DNA of 64,000 nt, taken from NCBI RefSeq assembly GCF_009914755.1, contig NC_060930.1. The stretch is one strand, 5' to 3'. The position numbers and the translations under genes are program-made. The notes below the pieces were generated by a model. It saw only the letters and a list, made by a program, of their open reading frames with translations. It was not told where the DNA came from and made no database searches. This document shows, piece by piece, positions 13,574 through 26,150 of this stretch; the stretch's first letter is position 1, and every line of letters begins with the position of its first letter. The stretch comes from the human T2T-CHM13v2.0 reference genome, Homo sapiens.

Positions 13574-13977
13574 GTGAGGGACAGCATTTATTTGATGTTG
13601 AACGAATCCCACCTGGTCAAGCAAAAACAAACAATAAACCCAGAGCTGGGAAAACAGGAGACCCAAAGACTCCTTACCAGATAGCAGTAATGGTCAGTTC
13701 TTCTGAGAGCCTAGTGTGCTCATCTTTGACCCTTCTCCCTGCGTGCAGACTTCTCCCTGAGTACCACCCTGGAAGCTTTCTGGACTTCTGATGCATGGTA
13801 CATGAGGAAGGCTTTCAGGGATCGCTGTGGAGCACAGCTTCAGAGAATGGACTTCAAGGTTTGACAGACAGGTTCAGATCCTGGCATCGCCTCATGGAAG
13901 CTGCTTGTATTGGGCAGATTACTTAACCACTTGACCTCAGATCCCTCATCTACAAAATGGGGTTGATAATAGCTTTG

Positions 13978-14355
13978 GTTTAGTCTACTTGCGCTGCCTT
14001 AAGAGAATACCACAGACTGGTTGTCTTTAACAGAAATTTATTTTCTCACATTTTCAAAGGCTAGTAGTCCAAGATCAAGATACCATCAGGTTTGGTTTCT
14101 GGTGAGGCCTCTTCCTGGCTTATAGATGGCCATCTTCTTGCTGTATCCTCACATGGCCTTTCTTCTGTATGCATACAGAGAGAGAGCAAGCTCTCTCATC
14201 TTATAAGGACAGATACCATTCCTACCCGATAGGGCCCTTCCTTATAACCTCATTTAACTTTTAATACCTTCCTCAAGGCCCTATCTCCAAATATAATCAT
14301 ATTGAGGGGTTAGGACCTCAGCATATGTGAGGGAATACAATTTAGTCCGTAACCA
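13978..14355. mobile_element. MaLR LTR (MLT1-like)
   Basis: TACCACAGACTGG..CAGAAATTTATTTTCTCACA..GTCCAAGATCAAG..CTTATAAGGACA..ACAATTTAGTCCGTAAC. Confidence 0.75.
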
Positions 14356-15452
14356 GTATGTACCTCAGAAAGTCATTGTGAGTATCAAATACAATTTATG
14401 AAAAGCACTTGGCATGCATTATGCTTAATACATGGTCACTATTGTCACAAATCACCAGTGCCACCCTTGCTGATTTGGGTTCATACTTGGAGTAGAAAGA
14501 TATCAGATATGCTTAGTAAGTGGCAGAACTGTATGGGAGAATCCAGTGAAATCAGACTTTGCCATTTCCTTCTCTGTAATCTTCTGAGTGGTGGCAGTGA
14601 CCACCCTTGTGGATATAGTACTGAGCACTTGGGACTGAGTCAGCTGCTTTCCCATTCTAGCCCTCCCTGCAGGAATTGGCTCTAGCTTGTCTGATTTCCC
14701 ACACATAAAATCATGCCCTCTTACTGACTTTTTGTTAATGTTCTGACAATCAATCTGTAGCAAGGTTCTACTGTTTTCAGTTTCATATTACCCCTATATG
14801 CATCAAAGCTGCAACTTCCCTTGCCTCTTTGTCCCTAGGTTCTGTTTATTTCATTTACCCTAGCAATTATGGATTTCTATTACATGGAACTCATCTCTTG
14901 ATTTAAATTAAAGTGTATGTGTTGAGTAAATTCTGTGCAGACCTTCTTATAGCTTCTGTGACTTTATCAGATTAAAATTGCTTCTGATATCATTTTCCCT
15001 CTTTATGAGCATCTTTCCAGTCAATTTGTTTCTTTCTTCTTCCTCTCTCTATGAACTTGGACCTTTTATTTTCTAGCCACTTCCTTTCTTCTACCTTCCA
15101 AACTGCATCTAGAACCCTGCTGAGTATCCCCTTTTCCAAGAAGCACATCTATATTTTCCACCTATCCACTTATCTATCCATCTATCATTCAACAAGTGTT
15201 TATTAAGCATCTACTATGGCTGTAGGAGAATATCCAGAGGGCATCTGGAGACTGGAGTGTTCTCCTTGTAGGATATCAGCGCAGGTATGTGTTACAAATT
15301 TAGATAAAGCCAATATTATAAAACAACATAGTGTTTGAAATTACAAGGACCAAATTCAAGTTCCAGCTTTTCAAATTCTTAGCCAAGCAATATTTAATAG
15401 GTAAGCTTGAGTTTCTTTTTAAGTTATGCTGATTATTTAAAAATCCAAATAA

Positions 15453-15893
<441 letters not shown>

Positions 15894-16071
15894 ATATTTT
15901 TCTATAGTTCTTTAAAGAGATGGGATAATAACATCGAGTTTTGTGGTGAGTCAGTTTGATAATATATCTGAAAGTGCTTCATAAGTCATGAAAGTTGTAT
16001 AAATGGTAATCATTAAAAGGTGGGAAATGTCTGAATTTTTATATTCTACCCAGCTCCCTTATGGATTTCAG

Positions 16072-16224
16072 ATTTAATACGAAGTTTGAGGAGAAGGGCA
16101 GTACTGATCCCACTTGGGGCCCATCTGTTCTCTACAGACACATTTTTATTTTCCAAACCTGTTGTGATCCCCCAGCTAAAAGGAGGAGGAGAAACATGGC
16201 CTAACAACAGAGGAGTCCTAAGAG
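16072..16224 (+). CDS. ZSCAN9: ZSCAN9 alternative cassette exon (153 nt; 87 nt from second acceptor 16138) with degenerate KRAB-B box
   Basis: TTTCAG| 16071 and CTACAG| 16137, donor GAG|GTACC 16224; phase 1-1 and open: DLIRSLRRRAVLIPLGAHLFSTDTFLFSKPVVIPQLKGGGETWPNNRGVLR; gives 445 aa, matching a longer isoform length I recall. Confidence 0.7.
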
Positions 16225-16744
16225 GTACCTATTCTTGTGTGTGAGAGACAGGACAGTTAGATATGGGAGAAAGAGGCAAATATTTTGGTCAAAAGAGGAG
16301 GCCTGGGTCTGTTGTCCTCGGCCTTTTTCTGGGTTGCAAAGTGAAATCAGACTATGTGCCAGGCATGTTTCTCAGGAATAAAACAGAAGGTTCCTCCTCT
16401 CGTAGAGATTAGATTGTAGCAAGAGGGAGATAATAATAAATATAAAAGTAAAGAAATGATACAGTGTGTTAAAAGGTGATGAGGCTATGGAATAAGGCAA
16501 AAATAGAACAGGATAAGGGAGATTAAGAGTGCTACGGATGAGGCAAACAGATTGTGATATTAAATAGAAGAATTAAGATAGACCTCATTGAGAAGGTGAG
16601 TTGAACAAAGACTTAAAGGAAGCGAGAGAGTGGGCCTTGCTTTCATTTGAGGTGAGAAGTTTCCAGGAAGAGAGAAGCACTAGAGCAAAGGTCTTATGAT
16701 GGGAATGCACCTTGGATAATTGTGGATTTGAAATTCATAAAGTA

Positions 16745-17587
<843 letters not shown>

Positions 17588-17784
17588 GACTGCCTGAAGC
17601 ACCTAAGTAGTAGAAGTTTAATACTTGTTCTGAAAATGAATGAATGAATACATGAAGTAACTTTCCTTGGAAAGGGTCACTTTGAGGTTATCTCAGAAAG
17701 GAGAGAGAGGTGTAAGGGAATACTCCAGAGAAGCCACCCTAATCTTTAACCATCCCTCCCTATGAAGTATAAAAAAGGTACTGC

Positions 17785-18087
<303 letters not shown>

Positions 18088-18297
18088 CGACTCAGGCCAA
18101 GTCTACATGGGGATGGACTGACCTGCATTATGCCAAAGAGGGCAAACGTTCCTCCCTACGTAGGGGAAAGTGTTACCACACTAGCCCTTCTGTTTCTAGC
18201 CCACTTCCTTTTCTATGATATATTTTTATAGACATAGTCACCTTCCCATAGGCTCAGGGAACAAGTGACATTTACCTAGCCTTTTTCTTTGTTTCAG

Positions 18298-18914
18298 ATG
18301 AAGTAACCAAGACTGAGGACAGAGAGTTGGTGCTAAGGAAAGACTGTCCTAAGATAGTGGAACCACATGGGAAAATGTTTAATGAGCAGACCTGGGAGGT
18401 ATCACAGCAGGATCCCTCACATGGAGAAGTTGGTGAACATAAGGATAGGATAGAGAGGCAGTGGGGAAACCTCTTAGGAGAGGGGCAACACAAATGTGAT
18501 GAATGTGGGAAGAGCTTTACTCAGAGCTCAGGTCTCATTCGACATCAAAGAATTCATACTGGAGAAAGACCTTATGAATGTAATGAATGTGGGAAAGCCT
18601 TCAGTCGAAGTTCTGGTCTTTTTAATCACCGAGGAATCCACAATATACAGAAACGGTACCACTGCAAGGAGTGTGGGAAGGTCTTCAGTCAGAGTGCGGG
18701 TCTTATCCAGCATCAGAGAATCCACAAAGGAGAAAAGCCGTATCAGTGCAGCCAGTGCAGTAAGAGCTACAGTCGGCGTTCATTTCTCATTGAACATCAG
18801 AGAAGCCACACAGGGGAGCGACCTCACCAGTGCATTGAATGTGGGAAAAGCTTTAATCGACACTGCAACCTCATTCGCCATCAGAAGATCCACACAGTGG
18901 CTGAGCTGGTCTAG
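18298..18914 (+). CDS. ZSCAN9: ZSCAN9 last coding exon: five C2H2 zinc fingers
   Basis: TTTCAG|AT 18297; five CxxC..HxxxH units with TGERP/KGEKP linkers; stop TAG 18914; 420+148+617=1185 nt = 394 aa. Confidence 0.96.
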
Positions 18915-19188
18915 GGCTTGGCTATGAGCAAGTTTTCCAGATCACCACCCAAGTTGTGTGGGGCAGGTTGAGACTAGAAAATGCCTCTTTCTTCCTTTCT
19001 CCATGAAATGTGTTTGAAACAAATCCTGACTTAAGGCCCAGGGACTTCCTTAAAGGAAAGTTGGGTGTTTGAAGCTACTGTTTTCTCTTTTGTTCGTTTT
19101 ACCTCTTTCTTACTCTTACTAGCTGTGTCCCTCTTATTTATAATTTATTTATTTTTTTGAGATGGCTGCTAAACCCTTCTAATAATAT

Positions 19189-19194
19189 AATAAA
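19189..19194 (+). terminator. Probable ZSCAN9 polyadenylation signal
   Basis: First AATAAA after the stop codon. Confidence 0.6.
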
Positions 19195-19982
19195 TGGCAC
19201 TGCCACAGCCAACATGCCTGAAAGATTTGGTATCTGTGTTTAACTACAAAGGATAACAGAGTTCTACTGATGGTTTATAACAATTGGGTCTTTGGTGTTC
19301 CCTGTGACCAGGGTCTACACTGTAAACACCTTTTCTACCTTACTGCTTCTCTCTGACACCTACGTGACTCTCCCTTGGAAAGTGACCAGCATTGGCTGTG
19401 TGTTTCAGTGTCTGCAGTGTGTGTCCGCTTACTTAACCATAGTTGGTCCTCACAACAGCCACACAGGGAAATGAGCGTTATCATTATCGCATTTTACAGA
19501 TGAGGACTCCAAGGCTTAGAAAATCCAAGCATCAGAGCCAAGGCTGAAACCCTGAACTTTTATTTTTAGTAATGCTTTAATTTTGGAATAATATTTGACT
19601 TACAGAAATGTTGCAGAGATGGAGTTCTCATATTCCCTTCACCTAGATTCTCCTAATGTTAACTTGTAACATCACACCTTTTTAGTTAAACCTTGGCTTT
19701 TAACTCCAAATCTCAATTTCTTTATGATGTCAAGCTTTGTACTGATACCAGATTTCTACATTTTAGTCACCTGGAACTCCCTTAGAGTTTTTCTATCACA
19801 TCTTCAGTGTTAGAAAGTCATCTGTATCCTGAGTACCAGGCCACATCAGAGAACTGGATTAATCCAGGTAAGATGCTAGCTACTGTCTGAAATGTCCTCA
19901 GTCTTTCTCTTCTGTTTGCTTGGCTTAGGTCTAGAGAAAAAAATTTCTTCCCTGTGTAGATCTTTAAGAAAATCAATTGTAC

Positions 19983-20303
19983 GCCAGGTGTGGTGGTACA
20001 AGCCTGTAATCCCAGAGCTTTTGGAGGCCAAGGCCACAGTATTGCTTGAGGCCAGGAGTTCGAGACCAGTCTGTGCAACATAGTGAGACCCTGTTGCTAC
20101 AAAGAAAAAATTTTAAAATTAGCTGCGTGTGGTGGTGTGTGCCTGTAGTCCCCAGATAGGAGGTTGAGGTGAGAGGATCACTTAAACCCAGGAGTTTGAG
20201 ATGCAGTGATCATGCCACTGCACTCCAGCCTGGCCACAGAGAGAGACCCCGTCTCAAAACAAAACAAAACAAACCCAGAAACGTTGTCTCAAAAAAAAAA
20301 AAA
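19983..20303 (+). mobile_element. AluJ-like SINE with two successive GTCTC(A)n ends
   Basis: Alu consensus; TSD AAAATCAATT. Confidence 0.9.
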
Positions 20304-20771
20304 TCAATTATGCTGCCTCCATCAAAAAATTTAAAAAGGAAGAAAATTTTTTTAAAAACTGGAGAAGACTTACGTCGCCTTAAGTGTTCTGCCCCAGAGG
20401 AAGCTCTTTCTCAGTGAAGTTTACTCATGGAGAGGAGGAATCTCCCTTTCTTAGGACTAAAGACTTGAGGCTTGAGGTTTCCCAAGGCTCTTTGCCTGCC
20501 CTCCCTTACTCCCTTTTATGATTACTAAGGCTGCAACCCCATCTCTTCCCTTTATGTATTTGATTTAAATGTTCAGAGGTTTCCTGAGAGATGGAAAAGA
20601 AGTGCTGCAATTTGCTCAGGATGAGTCCATACACAGTTGAGTTTTGCACTGTTTTCAGTAACTCCTAAATGTGTTGCAGAGCAGTCAACTCTTGAATTGG
20701 GGATTATGTAATTTAACTCTTTTATGTAAGATTCAAACAGAAGTGGAATAGCATAGTGAACCCCATGAACT

Positions 20772-21190
20772 TGTTGACGAAAAGAGTCAAACTCCATAAA
20801 ATATTTGAAGAGACTTACTCTGAGCCAAATACAATTGACCATGGCCTATGACACAGCCCTCAAGGGGGTCCTGAGAACATGTGACCAAGGTGGTCAGGGT
20901 ACAGCTTGGTTTTATATATTTTAGGGAGGCATGAAACATCAACCAAATACATTTAAGAAATAGATTGGTTTGGTTCAGAAAGGCGGGACAAATCAAAGCG
21001 TGGGCTTCCAAGCTGTAGGTAGATTTAAACATTTTCTGCTTGACAATTGGTTGAGTTTATCTGAAGACCTGGGATTAATGGAAAGGAATGTTTAGGCTAA
21101 GGTAAAGGATTGTGGAGATCAAGTTTTATTGTGCAGAGGAATCTCTCAGGTAGCAGACTTCAGAGAGAGAGCAGATTGTAAAATGTTTCT
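20772..21190 (-). mobile_element. MER4-family ERV1 LTR (partial)
   Basis: TGTTGACGAAAAGAGTCAAACTC..AAAATATTTGAAGAGA..TCTGAGCCAAAT..GGTCCTGAGAACATGTG. Confidence 0.75.
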
Positions 21191-22229
21191 TTTTTCTTGT
21201 TTCTCCACTGAATGAGTGGCCAAGGAAGTTGGATTTTAAGTCAAAACCCTTAGCAACACTTTCCCATCAGAGGGAAAATAAGTTACCTAATACGTAGCAT
21301 CACCTAAAAACTCCACAAAATATCAGCTTACCTAAGACACCCATTTCTTTTTTTGCATCAGGAAAAAGTTCTACACATTGTAGGGAAGCCTAAGAAGAAT
21401 TTTCGTGTCATAGTAGGTTTAAATGATAAACTCCAGGATCATCTGACAGAAATGTTAAATATAATACCTTCCTATACCAAACAAATGGTATGGGAATTAC
21501 CTATTACTGATGACATTAATCGTCTTGAGTGAGTGAAAATTCAAAAATTTAAATATTAAAGTAGCCTCTTCTCTTTTTTTTGTTATGTCTCAATACCACA
21601 TGGTATAGTTAAAAAACAGGAGTGGACCAGGAGTCAGGACCCCTGAGATGGAGTCCATGCCTAATCAATTCTAGAGTTTGGACCTTGGATAAGTCACTTG
21701 GGTTGGGTTTCCTAGAAGCGGAGCCTAGGCATGGATTCAAGTCTAGGGAATTTATTGAGGCAAAATAAGCTGCAGGAAAAAAGCTGCAAGGCAGAGAGGG
21801 AAGCAAGATATGGAAGAGGAAGTGGGCTGAGCAAGATGTGGTCTGAGCTTAAGTCTAGTTTAGTCTACTTTGGAAGAAGGATCTTTGGAACAAAACTTAC
21901 CCTTGAGGCAAGGGGCCAGCCTTTTGTACCTCAATCAGTGCCTTGTGGATTGAGGACTTCCCGGAGAGAATAGATTATCTCCCTTTGTCCAAGGACAATT
22001 CTTCAGAGAAGGTGATGACTGTGAGCCATTAGCAGCCAGTGCTCATGATAATCAGGGAGTGGGTGCACTGACCTTCCTGGCAACTGGAGAATGGGTGTAC
22101 TGACTTGGAAAAGGGGACCTGGGCAGGATACCACTGGCATGCATCACCACACGTAACCTCTCAGGCCCCAGTTTCTTCACCTATCCTCCTATTTGCAGGA
22201 TTGTTTTTGAAAAACAGCAGATAGCAATT

Positions 22230-22735
22230 ACAGTCCTATAAATGACAGGGATACATCCTGAGAAATGTGCTGTTGTATGATTTTGTCACTGTACAAGCAT
22301 CATAGAATATACTTACACAACATAGATGGTATACCCTACTATGAACCTAGGGTAGATGGTATAGTCTGTTGCCCCTAGGCTGCAAACCTATACAGCATGC
22401 TACTGTGTTGAATACAGCAGACATTTGTAGCACAATGCTGTATTTGTGTATCTAAACATAGAAAAATCTAGTAAAAATGCAGTGTGAAAGATAAAAAAAA
22501 ATGGTATACCTGTATAGGACACTATGAATGCAGTTTTTAGGACTGGAAGTTGGTCAGGGTGTCAGTGAGTGAAGAGTGAATGTGAAGACCGTACACTGCT
22601 GTAGACTTTATAAACATTGTACACTTTGACTACACCAAATTTATTTTTAAAATATTTGTTGACACCATCACTACAAACACATGAATAATGCATTGCACTA
22701 AGCTGTTAAGATAGCTACAATGTCACTAGGTGACT
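22230..22735. mobile_element. Tigger3 (Golem)-like DNA transposon fragment
   Basis: GGGATACATCCTGAGAAATG..ACTTACACAAACATAGATGGTATA..GACTGGAAGTTG. Confidence 0.75.
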
Positions 22736-23656
22736 GAAACATGTAGCACATTACTATATGAAAGGACAATGCAATCTATAAAATGCTGCATCAAACAAAT
22801 AGAAAGAGATATTACCAAATTTGCATATAATATGCCAAGGCAAAAGGAGTATCTGACATACTGGTGAGAGAGTTTTAAGTTGGAGTTTTTGTGAGACTTT
22901 TTCTTTTGCCTCATTTTTTTTTAAAGTGTATTACAGACTGTACTCACATGGGTTTTAAAAGTAAATTAATATTAAAAAGTAAAGGTTTCTGTATTGAATG
23001 AAATTCTCCATTTTCATATATGTCTATACCCTAACTAATCATTTAATCATATGTAAATTCCATTTGTTCTGCAATAGTCTCAACTAATCCATCTAAATGT
23101 TCTTCGATCCTAACTTCTTTCCTTCCCTGCTCTTCCCACCCCACTCACTACCTCTGTTCTGCTCTCAAAACATCTTCCTCAATTGTTTCTTTAGCTCTGT
23201 TTGAGAACTAACATTGAATTTTAAAAATAATATTGTTATGAATAAGGAGGGTTTTATTTCTTCCCTTTCTTATTTCCCTTTCTTGTCTTGATGCAGTGGC
23301 CAATCTCTCCTGGACAATGTTAGGTAGAAATCATACTAATAGTCATCTTATTCCTGATTTTGAATGGATTCATCTAATGATTCATATCATATTTGTTGTG
23401 AGTTTCTGATCATTATCCTCCATAATATTAAGAACATTCCCATTTAGTCCTCATTTACTAAAAGTCTTTGTCACAAATGAGTATTGAATTTTATCAAATA
23501 ATGTTTCTGCTTATGTTAAAATGATGATATAGTGTTTCCTCCTTTGATCTTAATGTGGTGAATTAACAGATTTTCTGTTGTTAAAATATCAGTTTTTTGA
23601 GTTTGTTAACTGTATTCAAATTTTCCTATAGCCGAAGTTTTTGTTTGCCCTCTGAT

Positions 23657-23926
23657 TTTTTTTTTTTTTTTTTTTAAGGCAGAATCTCGCTCTGTCACCC
23701 AGGCTGAAATGCAGTGGCACGATCTCAGCTCACTACAACCTCAGCCTCCTGAGTGGCTGGGATTACAGGCTTATGCCACCATGCCCGGCTAATTTTTGTA
23801 TTTTTAGTAGAATTGGGGTTTCGTCATGTTGGCCAGGTTGGTCTTGAACTCCTGGCCTCAAGTGATCCACCTGCCTTGGCCTCCCAAAGTGCTGGGATTA
23901 CAGGTGTGAGCCACCCCACCTGGCCT
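23657..23926 (-). mobile_element. Alu SINE within old L1 sequence
   Basis: Poly-T then reverse Alu. Confidence 0.92.
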
Positions 23927-24296
23927 GATCTATTGATTATTGGGAGAGGTTTGTTAATACTTTGCTGTGGGGAAAAGACTTGTCAGTTTCTCCTTGTATT
24001 ATGTCAATTTTGCTTTGCATATTCTAAGGTTATGAGTTGAGGTATATAGAAGTTCAGGAATTGCATGTCTTCTTGAGGAATTATTCCTTTAATCATGATG
24101 TTTTTTATCGCTAACAATGCTTATGTGGTCTGATATTAATGTAACTAGGCCAAAATCTTTTAGAGATTATTAGCTTAGTATCTCTTTCTCACCCCTTTGC
24201 ATTTTAAAAAATGATTTCCTTTGGATATCAAGTGCACAGAATTGTATTATTTATATTCCTTTATGTGATCCATAACACGCTAATATCATTGGTCCA

Positions 24297-24717
24297 TGTA
24301 TTAGTCTATTCTCTCATTGCTCTAAAGAAGTACCTGAGACTAGGTAATTTATAAAGAAAAGAGGTTTAATTGCCTTATGGTTCTGTATCCTATACAGGAA
24401 GCATGATGCCGGCTCTGCTTGGCTTCTGGGGAGGCCTCAGGAAGCTTACAATCTTGGTGAAAGGTGAAAAGGGAGTGGGCATGTCACATAGCCAGAGCAG
24501 ATGCAAGAAAGAGAGGGGGAAAATGCCACACACTTTTAAACAGCCCAATCTCACAAGAACTCACTATTGCAAGGACAGTACCAAGGGGGATAGTGCTAAA
24601 CCATTCATGAGAAACCCACCCTCATGATCCAATCACCTCTCACTAGGGCTTGCTTCCGATATTGAGGATTACAATTTGACATGAAATTTCATGGGGACAC
24701 AGATCCAAACGATGTCA
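24297..24717. mobile_element. MST-type MaLR solo LTR
   Basis: TGTATTAGTCT..AAGAAGTACCTGAGACT..AAAAGAGGTTTAATTG..ACAGATCCAAACGATGTCA; near-TSD GTCCA/GCCCA. Confidence 0.85.
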
Positions 24718-25709
24718 GCCCACGAATGGCATGCTTTTGATTATTGCTTTCTTAATTTAAGTAGTTATTTTTTATAATTAAATTAGCACTCTTTAACCTG
24801 CCATTCAAAACAAAAGACCTTGAAAACCACATATACATCTAATCATTTGGTACTCCTTATTTCAGCTACCTGACTTCTTCCAGTTGCGGGAACATCATCC
24901 TGAATCCCAATTTTATCATTTCTTGCTTTCCTTTTTTATATATAATTTTATTTCATATATATGCATTCCTAAGCAGTATGTTTTTTAAATTGATTTTAAT
25001 ATCCTTTTACAATATTTTTATGTCCAAATCTTATAACTGTGAATCCATTTCATCCATAGATATTTGTTATGATTACTGATTTATTTCCACCACCTGATTT
25101 TGTCATTCTATTTTTCATGATCTTTCTTTGATTTTTTGTTAGTTCCTGTCTTGTGTTGGCTATATTTTCTTATTTTCCCCCTATTTACATGTTTGAAAAC
25201 TATACATTTACACATGGGCATAAAATGTCCATATGCCCACCTGGCTTGTGAGATTATGAAACTAATCTCTTTCCTCACCCTTTTCCATATTATACAAAAC
25301 TTGGAATGCCTCCTATCAACCCCCTCCAATATTACATAACATTATTGATTAATATTTTATTTCTACTTGTTTTTAAGCTTTCTTTCCCCCAAAGTGATCA
25401 TTGTTATTATCATTGTTGTTATTATTGGATTTTTATCATCAATGATTAACTAGATTTCCATGTATACATTTTAACAAATTGGTTTCACTCACTGGGGCTT
25501 TCTGGGAGATTCATTTTTCTTCTCACTGAAGCACATGTTTCAGTGGTTTGTTTAGCAACTGCAGATTCTCTCAGGCTTTGTGTTAACATGTTTTCATTTA
25601 ACCGTCACCCCTGAATGGTAGTTTCTATGTGTCTGCAGTAAGTTAGAGAGCCCTTATTAACTCAGTCTGCTCAGAAGATTGACAGTTGTATTCTTCCACA
25701 CTTTAAGTA

Positions 25710-25831
25710 TTTCTTTTTAGACTTTTATTTTAGGTTCAGGGGTACATGCACAGGTTTGTTATATAGGTAAATTGCAACAGAGTGAGACCCCTGCCTCAAA
25801 AACAGAAACAAAAAACAAAACACAAAAAAAA
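25710..25831. mobile_element. L1PA 3' end (-) fused to an Alu 3' end (+)
   Basis: TTTTAGGTTCAGGGGTACATGCACAGGTTTGTTATATAGGTAAATTG directly followed by CAACAGAGTGAGACCC..(A)n. Confidence 0.8.
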
Positions 25832-25834
25832 CGT

Positions 25835-26150
25835 TGAGGTCAGAGAGGTAATGTGAAGGCAGACTGTGAAGAGCCTTGCCTACTTCTGTAAGGGCTTGGG
25901 CTGTTAATTTTGGTGAAAATGGAAACCATTGCAGGGTTTTGAGTGGAAGAGTGATGTGTGTGATCCCACTTAGATTATGCAGGAATTTAAAAAGGGTTAC
26001 TCTGACTGATATATTGAGAAGAAACTGTAAGGGGACTCATTTGTAGGCTTCCATAGTGATAATCATGGGAGAGCAAGAGTGGCTCAGATCAGGATGGTAG
26101 CAGTGGAGGTGGTGAGAAATGATCAGCTTCTGAATCTACCTTAAAAGTAA
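25835..26150. mobile_element. L2 LINE fragment
   Basis: GAGGTCAGAGAGG..CCATTGCAGGGTTTTGAG..GGTAGCAGTGGAGGTGGTGAGAAATG. Confidence 0.7.

Noticed and set aside
15272-15284. Possible 13-nt microexon (TTGTAG|..CAG|GTATGT) in ZSCAN9
   Set aside because: Frameshifting, and only splice-like motifs support it
18496-18927. Alternative-frame ORFs over zinc-finger arrays (also 30877-31461, 62141-62617)
   Set aside because: Well-known shadow frames of C2H2 repeats (MNVGK.., ILERNL..)
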